Shown here: positions 10,185 to 18,259 of the stretch, piece after piece | Layout of the letters: every line of letters begins with the position of its first letter | How positions within the stretch are numbered: position 1 is the first letter of the stretch | DNA from: a virus | Taxonomy: Duplodnaviria; Caudoviricetes | Length of the DNA: 64,000 nt | Strand: one strand, 5' to 3' | IMG/VR virus record: IMGVR_UViG_3300032007_000061 | Location: 1 to 64,000 of that record | Notes under the pieces: model-generated | The model's input: the letters and a program-made list of their open reading frames with translations, nothing else | The model's database searches: none | Told to the model about the DNA's origin: nothing | Program-made: the position numbers and the translations under genes

Positions 10185-12244
10185 AGTCGGATATAGATAT
10201 TGACTTCGAATCAGAAAAACGTCCAGATGTCAAAGAGTATCTGGAGCGTAGGTATAACACAAATGGCTTAGATAGAGTGTTTTCAGCTGGTACGTTTTCA
10301 GCTGAGAAGATTAAGTCTGCCGTTAAGGATGCAGCTCGTATTCGTAAAATCAATGCCGGTACGGTGAATTATATCACTGCTATCTTTGAGGATGATGAAA
10401 TGTCCTGGACTGACTTAATGAATCTCGCTTACAATAACAAGAAAGTATATGATTTCATAGTTAAACATCCAGATTTGTTTGAAGAGATATTGCCAATTAT
10501 CGGCCAACCAAGATCAGCATCTGTTCATCCTTCTGCAGTTATCATTTCACCAGAATATATTAAGGGTAGCATCAAAAATTGCTATGAGATATTGCCTATT
10601 AAGAAGATGGATGGCTTACTGGTGTCTGAATTGACTGGCGTTGATGTAGATGAACTTGGTATGCTTAAATCAGACGTTCTTGCCATTGCAGAGTTGTCTC
10701 GTATCTCCAATATGATTAAAATAATCAATAAAGAGTATGACGCTAATGTGTCTTTGGAGAGCATAGTGCAAGGAGATTTGAATGAGCCAGCTGTTTATGA
10801 TGCTATCAGAAAGGGATTGACGCAAGGTGTATTCCAGCTTTCTGGTGACGGAATCACTCGTTTCATTAAGCAGATGCGTCCAGATAATATCAATGACTTG
10901 GTAGCTTCTGTAGCTTTGTTTAGACCAGGACCATTGGAATCTGGTTCAGCACAAGGTTATATTGATTGTAAGCGTGGTGATGTGGAGCCTGAGTATCTTT
11001 GGGGCACTTATGACATTCTGAAAGATACTTATGGATTCTGTATTTATCAGGAACAAATCAGTAAGGTTGCTCAGAAAATTGGTGGCCTTAGTCTTGGTGA
11101 CGGTGTGAATTTGGTTAAGGCTCTATCGAAGAAAAAGATTGAGAAAGTTCGAAAATTCAAGGATAGGTACTTCGATGGTGCTAAGAAGAATGGATGCCCG
11201 ATAGAAGTTGCTGATAAGATTTGGAGTGTTGTGGAGGCTGGTGCTTCTTATGCGTTCAATATGTCTCACTCAGTAGCTTATGGTTTGACGGCATATATTG
11301 GAGCATGGCTTAAAGTCCACTATCCAATAGCTTTCTTTACGGTCCTTTTGAAGTGGGTTGACAAGGATAAGTTGCCGACACTGATGAATGAAATGCGAGA
11401 GATAGGAAATGCCACCATTACCCAGCCTGACATCAATATCTCAGGAGTTGATTTTGTCACCAACTTCCAGACTAATGAAATCTACTGGTCGCTCAGTCGC
11501 ATCAAGCAGATAGGTGCAAAGCAGGCCAAGTATATTGTTGATGACAGAGAGTTGTTTGGTCGGTACACCAGCTTAGAGCATTTTATTAAGCGCATTTTCA
11601 AGAAGAAGTTTACTGAGAATGATGAGAAGCTGCCAGAATCAGAAAGGTGTCCTGTCAATTCTCGCAGTGTAAAGCACCTCATCATGGCTGGAGCCTTTGA
11701 TCATGTTGAGGGAATCAGTTCTGTGATGGAGCGTTATGGCCTCATCGTGAAAGCCTCAGAGTTGCTTGGGTTTGAGGTTAGCGAATCTCAGTTTCCAGAT
11801 GAATTAAAGGACAAGCACTATTTCTGGTCGCAGCAGCAGATTGACATTGCCGGCATAGGAGCAATTGACTACAAGCGCATCTATGACAATGTGGATAAGC
11901 CCAATGCCGTTAAGAAATACCACTATAGTGATTTGAAAGAGTTCACCAATGACCTTCCAGACAAATATACGGCTTCTATCTGTGCCACTATCGCAGAGAT
12001 TGACGAAAAGACTTATAAGGACAAGCGTACTGGAGAGACGAAGCACTTTGGTAAGGTTATGCTGCAGCAGAACACCGACATGATGCAGCTGGTGATTTGG
12101 AATGATGCCTGGATAGACTGCAAGAAGAATTTCAAGGACAAGCGTGGAAGCATTGTCGTTGCCGTTGTTCAGGTGAAATACTCTGATTATGATGAGAAGA
12201 ACATTTTGCAGATTAACAAAGGGGCTTTTGTAGAGAATGTTTGA
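10181..12244 (+). CDS. dnaE: DNA polymerase III alpha, C-terminal catalytic fragment
   Basis: GTG start then SDIDIDF (catalytic DxD), HPSAVII, KSDVLAI, GVFQL, ALFRPGP, YAFNMSHS; OB-fold C-terminus. Confidence 0.92.
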   Translation: MKSDIDIDFESEKRPDVKEYLERRYNTNGLDRVFSAGTFSAEKIKSAVKDAARIRKINAGTVNYITAIFEDDEMSWTDLMNLAYNNKKVYDFIVKHPDLFEEILPIIGQPRSASVHPSAVIISPEYIKGSIKNCYEILPIKKMDGLLVSELTGVDVDELGMLKSDVLAIAELSRISNMIKIINKEYDANVSLESIVQGDLNEPAVYDAIRKGLTQGVFQLSGDGITRFIKQMRPDNINDLVASVALFRPGPLESGSAQGYIDCKRGDVEPEYLWGTYDILKDTYGFCIYQEQISKVAQKIGGLSLGDGVNLVKALSKKKIEKVRKFKDRYFDGAKKNGCPIEVADKIWSVVEAGASYAFNMSHSVAYGLTAYIGAWLKVHYPIAFFTVLLKWVDKDKLPTLMNEMREIGNATITQPDINISGVDFVTNFQTNEIYWSLSRIKQIGAKQAKYIVDDRELFGRYTSLEHFIKRIFKKKFTENDEKLPESERCPVNSRSVKHLIMAGAFDHVEGISSVMERYGLIVKASELLGFEVSESQFPDELKDKHYFWSQQQIDIAGIGAIDYKRIYDNVDKPNAVKKYHYSDLKEFTNDLPDKYTASICATIAEIDEKTYKDKRTGETKHFGKVMLQQNTDMMQLVIWNDAWIDCKKNFKDKRGSIVVAVVQVKYSDYDEKNILQINKGAFVENV

Positions 12245-13142
12245 ATTTGAAGAATTGTCTGATGAGCAGCTGAAAGAGCTGGCCAGTCTCGATGAAGCGG
12301 AGCGTGACAGGATATATAACCGCCAACTTGCATACTATCGCAGGAACCGTGAGAGGGAACTGAATAGGATGCGTGAGTGGTATCGCAACAACACTGAGAG
12401 AAAGGCAGAATATTATCAGCAGCATAGGGAAGAGTTGGATCGAAGGAATAATGAACGACAGAAAAACGACCCAGACTTCCAGCAAATCAGTCAGTTGAAA
12501 GCCAATCTGAGAGAGGGGCTTAAAAGATTGCCAAGCAGACATCGTGGACGTGTCACCAATGCAGGTTTGAAGAAAATCCTGCAAGAGGAAATAGCTGGCA
12601 GAGTTAGGAATTACTTAAATAAAGACAATATGAAAAAGAGAATCTTATGTATCGTCGGGGAATCGGGCACTGGAAAGACCCTCGCATCCCTGCATTTGAA
12701 GTATCAGTGTGGAGCCAATGTAATCTGTTCCTACACAACAAGGCCGCCCAGAGACACCGAGGTTGAGGGCAGAGACCATCATTTCATTGACATTGTGCCA
12801 CCAGAGGAAGAGCTGCTGGCATTTGCCAATTTCGGTCAGTACAAATACTATGCTATGAAGAGTCAGGTGTTCGGACCTTGCACTGTCTATGTCATAGATG
12901 AGCAAGGCATCAGAGACCTCAAAGAACGTCATGCTGATGAGTATGAAATCTACTCAGTTTACATTACCAGGGATAAGGCTCTGAGAAAGGAGCGAGGCAT
13001 TGATTCCAAGCGTATGAATAGGGATAAAAACAGAAAATTGTTCGATTTAAGTTTTTATAACTATGTTATTGAGAACAATGGCACCAAAAGAGAACTATTC
13101 TTAAATATAGAGCGCATTTATAACGAAATAAAAAACAAGTAG
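12237..13142 (+). CDS. gmk: guanylate kinase-like protein with 131-aa N-terminal extension (kinase domain from ATG 12630)
   Basis: IVGESGTGKT P-loop, SYTTRPPRDTEVEGRDHHF GK signature, VYVIDEQG. Confidence 0.8.
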   Translation: MFEFEELSDEQLKELASLDEAERDRIYNRQLAYYRRNRERELNRMREWYRNNTERKAEYYQQHREELDRRNNERQKNDPDFQQISQLKANLREGLKRLPSRHRGRVTNAGLKKILQEEIAGRVRNYLNKDNMKKRILCIVGESGTGKTLASLHLKYQCGANVICSYTTRPPRDTEVEGRDHHFIDIVPPEEELLAFANFGQYKYYAMKSQVFGPCTVYVIDEQGIRDLKERHADEYEIYSVYITRDKALRKERGIDSKRMNRDKNRKLFDLSFYNYVIENNGTKRELFLNIERIYNEIKNK

Positions 13143-13146
13143 TGTT

Positions 13147-13926
13147 ATGGCAGCACCGAAAGAAAAATCACAGGTCATTACAGCCTTTGTAATGGACTTC
13201 GAGACTGGCGGTTTAGACTGCAAGAAATGCGCCGCCACCCAGATTTCAGTACACGCAATCAGGCTTGATAATTTTGAGGTCATGGGTACGTTCACCAAGT
13301 ACATTTATCCATATCAGAGTAAGCCGGACATTGGTAAGCCCAAGAGAAAGGTTCTCAGGAACAAATATGAGGAAGAGGAAGAGCAGCCGACATTGGAATA
13401 TGGAAAGGTAGCGCTGGAGTATTCCGCTATTACGATGGATATGCTCTATGATAAGGGTGAAGAACTGGAAGCCGTGTGTAACGACTTGATTGATTTCTTC
13501 AAGCAGTACACGCTAACGACTTCCAGAAAGTTGAAGCCAATCTTTGTTGGTCAGAACATTTTGTTTGACCTTGGTTTCTTACAGCAGATTATGACATATT
13601 GCGGCCTTTGGAAAGAGGTTGCCAAGATATTCAGGGGCAGTGAGGATTTCTTCGGGAACTTCCAGCCTTATTATGTTGACACGATTATTTTTGCACAGCT
13701 TGCTTTCTGTCATAGAGACAATGTTACAAGCTGGTCTCTGTCTAACTTGTGCGAATTGCTTGGTATTGAGTTGGACGATGCCCATGATGCCGATGCCGAT
13801 GTCACTGCAACAAAGGAGGTGTTGAGATTGCTAACTGTCAGATCAAGGAATGAAGAGGTGGATGACGCTGATGGCAGCACAGTGGTAACTAAGAAAGAGA
13901 AAACAAGAGAACACTTTAAGATTTGA
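13147..13926 (+). CDS. DEDDh 3'-5' exonuclease (DnaQ/epsilon-like)
   Basis: MDFETGG, NILFDLGF and AHDADADV Exo I-III motifs. Confidence 0.85.
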   Translation: MAAPKEKSQVITAFVMDFETGGLDCKKCAATQISVHAIRLDNFEVMGTFTKYIYPYQSKPDIGKPKRKVLRNKYEEEEEQPTLEYGKVALEYSAITMDMLYDKGEELEAVCNDLIDFFKQYTLTTSRKLKPIFVGQNILFDLGFLQQIMTYCGLWKEVAKIFRGSEDFFGNFQPYYVDTIIFAQLAFCHRDNVTSWSLSNLCELLGIELDDAHDADADVTATKEVLRLLTVRSRNEEVDDADGSTVVTKKEKTREHFKI

Positions 13927-13929
13927 GTT

Positions 13930-14025
13930 ATGAATGGGTTGCTGGAAATTATCGGATGCGCACTTTGTGCGATTGCTTTCGTTATGGTGTTTGAACAAAT
14001 GTATTTCAAAATAAAAACCGAATAA
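13930..14025 (+). CDS. 31-aa membrane peptide MNGLLEIIGCALCAIAFVMVFEQMYFKIKTE
   Basis: Hand-translated; exactly fills the gap; hydrophobic. Confidence 0.45.
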   Translation: MNGLLEIIGCALCAIAFVMVFEQMYFKIKTE

Positions 14026-14028
14026 GCG

Positions 14029-14340
14029 ATGAGTAATGTATTATTAGTGGTATTGCTGGTTATCTGTGTAATCGGCGCGTTGTTTACGACAGTGGTTGCA
14101 CTTGGTGTTGGAGCCATGTGCCAGGAGAACAGGAAGGACATCAAGGAGTTGCAATCCCAGCTGAATGAAATCCAGTTGCAGATGGCTCATGCCAAAGAGT
14201 TCGACGAAGTTGTTACCGATTGCATCAGTGGAATAGGTGCAGCACTGGACGTTATCAATGGTCGTACAGACTGGTTGGCAGACATTGACCAGCAAATTTA
14301 TAACTCTTTTGGCCAAAATAAAGACGTAAAGAAATCATAA
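14029..14340 (+). CDS. membrane-anchored coiled-coil protein
   Basis: N-terminal hydrophobic helix then heptad pattern. Confidence 0.7.
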   Translation: MSNVLLVVLLVICVIGALFTTVVALGVGAMCQENRKDIKELQSQLNEIQLQMAHAKEFDEVVTDCISGIGAALDVINGRTDWLADIDQQIYNSFGQNKDVKKS

Positions 14341-14344
14341 CATA

Positions 14345-14764
14345 ATGGCAGGTAAAGAGTGGAAATTCAATCCGATAACTGGAACGATGGAGCCAGTAAA
14401 TGCCCTTGCACATGGTCTGGAGAAGAAAGTGACGGCCAGTGATGATGTGAAAAAGGTAAATGGGCCAGCCACTGTTCCAGTTATCAAGAGTGGCAGGTCA
14501 ATCATCAAGGACGTGCCGAGTAACAAACCGAATGTTGTTGTCAATGAGCGTGAGGTCAAGTTTCGTGAGAAGAGCGATTTGTCAGTAGTACAGATTACCG
14601 ATTACGACACTAATAGGGTAATGGGCTATATTGCTGGCTATGGCCTTGACATCAACTTCAATATGGAGGAACTGAACAGCATGGATAGGGTTGAGCAGTT
14701 TTTGGAGGGTTTGAAAAAGGCTTTCAGAACCATCATCCTCGAAAAGGCGCTCAGTCCTAAATAG
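14345..14764 (+). CDS. hypothetical protein
   Basis: 139-aa ORF on operon strand. Confidence 0.72.
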   Translation: MAGKEWKFNPITGTMEPVNALAHGLEKKVTASDDVKKVNGPATVPVIKSGRSIIKDVPSNKPNVVVNEREVKFREKSDLSVVQITDYDTNRVMGYIAGYGLDINFNMEELNSMDRVEQFLEGLKKAFRTIILEKALSPK

Positions 14765-14809
14765 TGAAACAGCAGCACCTCTCACTATCATTAATAAAAA
14801 AGATTATTA

Positions 14810-15334
14810 ATGCTGAATACAATGGATATTGACAAGAACACCCAGATATTAACTGATGACGAGGCCAATTTCTGCCTCTTGTACGTTGATGCACCAGCAC
14901 CGCTTGCTGGTAATGCCACCGAATGTTATGTCAAGGTGTTCGGCCTGGATGGTGATGGCGATGCTTTGAGTAAGTCCAAGGCTGCCTATCAAGCAAAGCA
15001 GCTTCTGGAAAAGGAATCAGTGAAGAAGCGGATAGAGGAACTTGAAAGAGTGAACCTCTACGATAGTGCAACATTGAAGCACAGGATTACTGCTACAATG
15101 TTGAAGATTATGGATGAGTGTGCAGATGCGGAGTACAGCGACCGTTACAAGACGAAGCTGTCACCAGCTGCATTGCGTAGTGTGTCAGTGAGTGCAGCCA
15201 AGATGGTTGCAGAGATCAATGGTATTAAAGAAGATACTATCCAGAAGATTCAGATTGGCGCGGAGGACGGTCAGGGCATCACCTTCAACCTTGTCGTGCC
15301 GGAGAAGAAAGACAACATTGGAGAATCACTTTAA
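14810..15334 (+). CDS. terminase small subunit-like protein
   Basis: N-terminal LTDDEANFCLLYV...NATECY...AAYQAKQLL HTH pattern typical of TerS; C-terminal beta tail. Confidence 0.6.
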   Translation: MLNTMDIDKNTQILTDDEANFCLLYVDAPAPLAGNATECYVKVFGLDGDGDALSKSKAAYQAKQLLEKESVKKRIEELERVNLYDSATLKHRITATMLKIMDECADAEYSDRYKTKLSPAALRSVSVSAAKMVAEINGIKEDTIQKIQIGAEDGQGITFNLVVPEKKDNIGESL

Positions 15335-15345
15335 TACATACGATA

Positions 15346-15681
15346 ATGGCAGACAAAACAGTAAACTTCATCACTCAGAACTTCAAGCTGATAGCGACAA
15401 TTGTAACATTCTTGGTCGGCTTATATATTCAACATAGGGCCAATACTGAGAAGATTGAACAGTTGCAGCGTGAGATTTCAAGAATTGACGGCAGGCTCGA
15501 TTCGCAATACTCGAAGCTCGATGAAATAAAGCTCGACAAATCTGTGTTTGAGGCAACTATCAAGCAGTTCTCGCAGATGTCGGGTGACATACGAGATATA
15601 CGTCTTACGCTGGAGGACATGATGACTAATGGGCATTATACTCCAAGTCGTGCGAGACAAGCTAACAGAAACAATGAATGA
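15346..15681 (+). CDS. TM + coiled-coil protein (holin/antiholin-like)
   Basis: One N-terminal TM segment, coiled coil; lies just upstream of the endolysin. Confidence 0.55.
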   Translation: MADKTVNFITQNFKLIATIVTFLVGLYIQHRANTEKIEQLQREISRIDGRLDSQYSKLDEIKLDKSVFEATIKQFSQMSGDIRDIRLTLEDMMTNGHYTPSRARQANRNNE

Positions 15682-15935
15682 TTAAAGTCGGTGATAAAGT
15701 AAAAATCGTCTATTCCTACCAGCTTGCGGACATGGGTCTGATTACACTGGTGAACAGGATGGGCGAAGTTCTCGAAATAAAGGCAAAGGGCACCAAGACA
15801 CCAGGTGTTTGGCTAAGAGTCCTGAATGACATTGATGAAGCGGAAGAATGGTTCATCCCCATCCAGTCTGTAAGGACGAAAGAGTATTATTACAAGAAGA
15901 AAAATATGAAAATTCTAAAATCGTTCGATATATAA
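15678..15935 (+). CDS. hypothetical SH3/KOW-like protein
   Basis: IKVGDKVKIV beta-barrel-type start; ATGA coupling. Confidence 0.62.
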   Translation: MIKVGDKVKIVYSYQLADMGLITLVNRMGEVLEIKAKGTKTPGVWLRVLNDIDEAEEWFIPIQSVRTKEYYYKKKNMKILKSFDI

Positions 15936-16712
15936 ATGGAAACAATAAAGAGGGGTAGCACTGGTGATGCTGTAAGGGTTCTGCAGAGCCTTTTGGGTAT
16001 CGCTGTTGATGGTGTGTTTGGCCCTAAGACAGAGCAGATTGTCAAGCAGTACCAAAAGGCCAATAAACTCGTTGACGATGGCGTGGTTGGTCCTAAGACT
16101 TGGGAATTGCTTCAAAGGGCCAATATTACTATTGTAGATGGCCATATCAACACTCACATAACTCGCTCTCCAAACAGAAAGATAAAGTATATCTCAATTC
16201 ACTATACGGCTGGCAGCACAAGTAAGAAGGGTGCGGCACTATCTGTTAGGAATGTTTTCTTGCAGCGCAGTGCATCAGCCGATTTTGTTGTTGATGATGA
16301 CACGATTGTTCAGATTAACCCAGACCTCAGAAACTACTATTGTTGGGCTGTAGGTGATAGGAAGAACCCCTATACTGGTGGTGGAAGCCTGTATAAAAAC
16401 GCTAACAACAAAAATACCATCAGCATAGAAATATGCTCCAATCTCAAAAAGGGTGCCAGCGCAGCTTTCCCCAACCATGACGGATGGTATTTCACAGATA
16501 AGTCTCTCGACAATGCTGCAAAGCTTGTGAGGTATCTGATGAAGATGTTTAATGTTCCCAAGTCGAATGTGGTCAGGCATTATGACATCACTGGTAAGCT
16601 GTGTCCTGGTATTGTCGGCTGGAACAATGCTAATGTGTATGATGCTAATGGAAAGGCAACCGCAAAGAAGAGCAATTCTGATGCGTGGATGGTCTTTTGG
16701 TCTATAATATAA
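15936..16712 (+). CDS. endolysin: peptidoglycan-binding domain + N-acetylmuramoyl-L-alanine amidase
   Basis: PG_binding_1 repeat (DGVFGPKT/DGVVGPKTW); Amidase_2 motifs SIHYTAG, SIEIC, RHYDITGKLCPG. Confidence 0.87.
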   Translation: METIKRGSTGDAVRVLQSLLGIAVDGVFGPKTEQIVKQYQKANKLVDDGVVGPKTWELLQRANITIVDGHINTHITRSPNRKIKYISIHYTAGSTSKKGAALSVRNVFLQRSASADFVVDDDTIVQINPDLRNYYCWAVGDRKNPYTGGGSLYKNANNKNTISIEICSNLKKGASAAFPNHDGWYFTDKSLDNAAKLVRYLMKMFNVPKSNVVRHYDITGKLCPGIVGWNNANVYDANGKATAKKSNSDAWMVFWSII

Positions 16713-16719
16713 TAAAGGT

Positions 16720-17331
16720 ATGAAAGAGTTATTTGGTTCAATTACATCGAAGCTGGCAGGGATATTCATTCTGGTATTCCTTGCTCTTGTGTGGTATTCC
16801 TATGAGACCACGAAGAAGCTGAATGAGGCCAAACAGAAGTCCGAGACACTGGAAACGACTATCTCTGACATGAATCAGAAGATAGAGCGTTTTGAAATCC
16901 AGATGGATGACAGCACAAGGCTTCATGCAGCTACCGTAAAAAATTTACGGATGACAGCAGACAACATTCAGGCTAAGTACAACGAACTGCTGAAAGCTTC
17001 CAGTATCAAGAAGAAAGACGTGAACAGCGTCGCAATCATTGGCACTGAGGCAAAGGACACGGTTTATGTTCCTACTGAGGTTGATTCCTTTGGTGGCTTG
17101 CAGACTGGCTACAAAGATCAGTTTATCGACATTTCAGTGAATATCAATCCAGAGCGTCTGGCAACCATTGCATACGCTTCCAGGGATTCTTTGTCACTGA
17201 TAGTCACTCAGAAGAAGCACTCGATACTCTTTGGTTTGATCAAGTGGAAGAGCCTTGAAAAGACAACGGTCATCAACCACAATCCAAACGCTACGATTTC
17301 CAGCTTGCAGACTATAGATGTGATAGAGTAA
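16720..17331 (+). CDS. Rz/i-spanin-like membrane coiled-coil protein
   Basis: N-terminal TM, long coiled coil, directly after the endolysin. Confidence 0.55.
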   Translation: MKELFGSITSKLAGIFILVFLALVWYSYETTKKLNEAKQKSETLETTISDMNQKIERFEIQMDDSTRLHAATVKNLRMTADNIQAKYNELLKASSIKKKDVNSVAIIGTEAKDTVYVPTEVDSFGGLQTGYKDQFIDISVNINPERLATIAYASRDSLSLIVTQKKHSILFGLIKWKSLEKTTVINHNPNATISSLQTIDVIE

Positions 17332-17426
17332 TGGAAAAGAAAGTAAAGAAGGGCTTTCAGGACCTGATGAAGAAAGTCGGTGATGAAAGCGAGAAGATGA
17401 AGAAAGTCAAGTCCGTAAGGGCATAG
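17331..17426 (+). CDS. 31-aa basic peptide
   Basis: Hand-translated MEKKVKKGFQDLMKK...; start overlaps upstream stop. Confidence 0.35.
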   Translation: MEKKVKKGFQDLMKKVGDESEKMKKVKSVRA

Positions 17427-17448
17427 TAATAATTAAAAAAGCAAAAAG

Positions 17449-18093
17449 ATGAAAAAGTTAATGGTTTTAGGTTTGCTGGCCTTAATGGTCAGTTTGGTGG
17501 TTGGTTGCAGCTCATGCACCAAGGAGAAAAGTCAGCCGGCAGTTGACAATGTGGCTCTTTCACAGGGAAAGCTGGTGGTGGAGAATTGCGTAAGCACTGA
17601 CAAAGAGTATATGTTTCTCCATCACAAATCAGACTATCGCTGGTTTGAGACTTGCGTACTGATGAAGGACTTTCTGGATTCAGAGGATCAGGACGGTACT
17701 ATAGCTGGTGTCAGCAACATATTCCAGGTTGTTGATGACTTTGAGGATGGCGGTGCCGATGTGTACGTTTATCTAATTTCTCATAGTGAAAACAAAGACA
17801 GCATAGACGTTAGGCATGGATTTTGGGTAGAGGATTCCCCGATGAACGATGAAGCTATCAAAGTCACATTTCAGCAAGCATACGACAAACTGATGGAAGC
17901 CAATTGTCCGAAGCCTCATAGCAGACATTGTGTACTGAGAAAGGAAGTAGGACCAGTTGATGCCAATCCTCAGTATATCTTCGGCAATTCCAAGGCGCAG
18001 GTATATGTAGATGCTGTCACTGGTGATGTCTCTACAGAGAACCCAGCTTTCAAGGGTTGTGGCTTTGGTATGCCTCTTGGGGAATGGCCCTGA
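17449..18093 (+). CDS. predicted lipoprotein
   Basis: MKK + hydrophobic core + VVG-C lipobox. Confidence 0.7.
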   Translation: MKKLMVLGLLALMVSLVVGCSSCTKEKSQPAVDNVALSQGKLVVENCVSTDKEYMFLHHKSDYRWFETCVLMKDFLDSEDQDGTIAGVSNIFQVVDDFEDGGADVYVYLISHSENKDSIDVRHGFWVEDSPMNDEAIKVTFQQAYDKLMEANCPKPHSRHCVLRKEVGPVDANPQYIFGNSKAQVYVDAVTGDVSTENPAFKGCGFGMPLGEWP

Positions 18094-18160
18094 TTTGATT
18101 TAGCAAATTTCTCATAATATTAGATTTAAGGTTAGTAGATTAGTTAGTAGTTTGTTTTTG

Positions 18161-18192
18161 AGAGAGTCACCGGTGATGGCGGCTCTCTTTTT
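18161..18192 (+). terminator. intrinsic terminator after lysis cassette
   Basis: GAGAGTC...GGCTCTC stem followed by TTTTT. Confidence 0.7.
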
Positions 18193-18259
18193 AATTTTTA
18201 ACTGCATTTTTGAAACGTATGATATGTCGATGACACTATAATCTATAAAAAGCGAATAC

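Noticed and set aside
9080-10190. Group I/II intron interrupting dnaE
   Set aside because: No recognisable P/Q/R/S or domain V sequence; the insert is fully coding with GTGA/ATGA-coupled ORFs and Hint-like protein remnants
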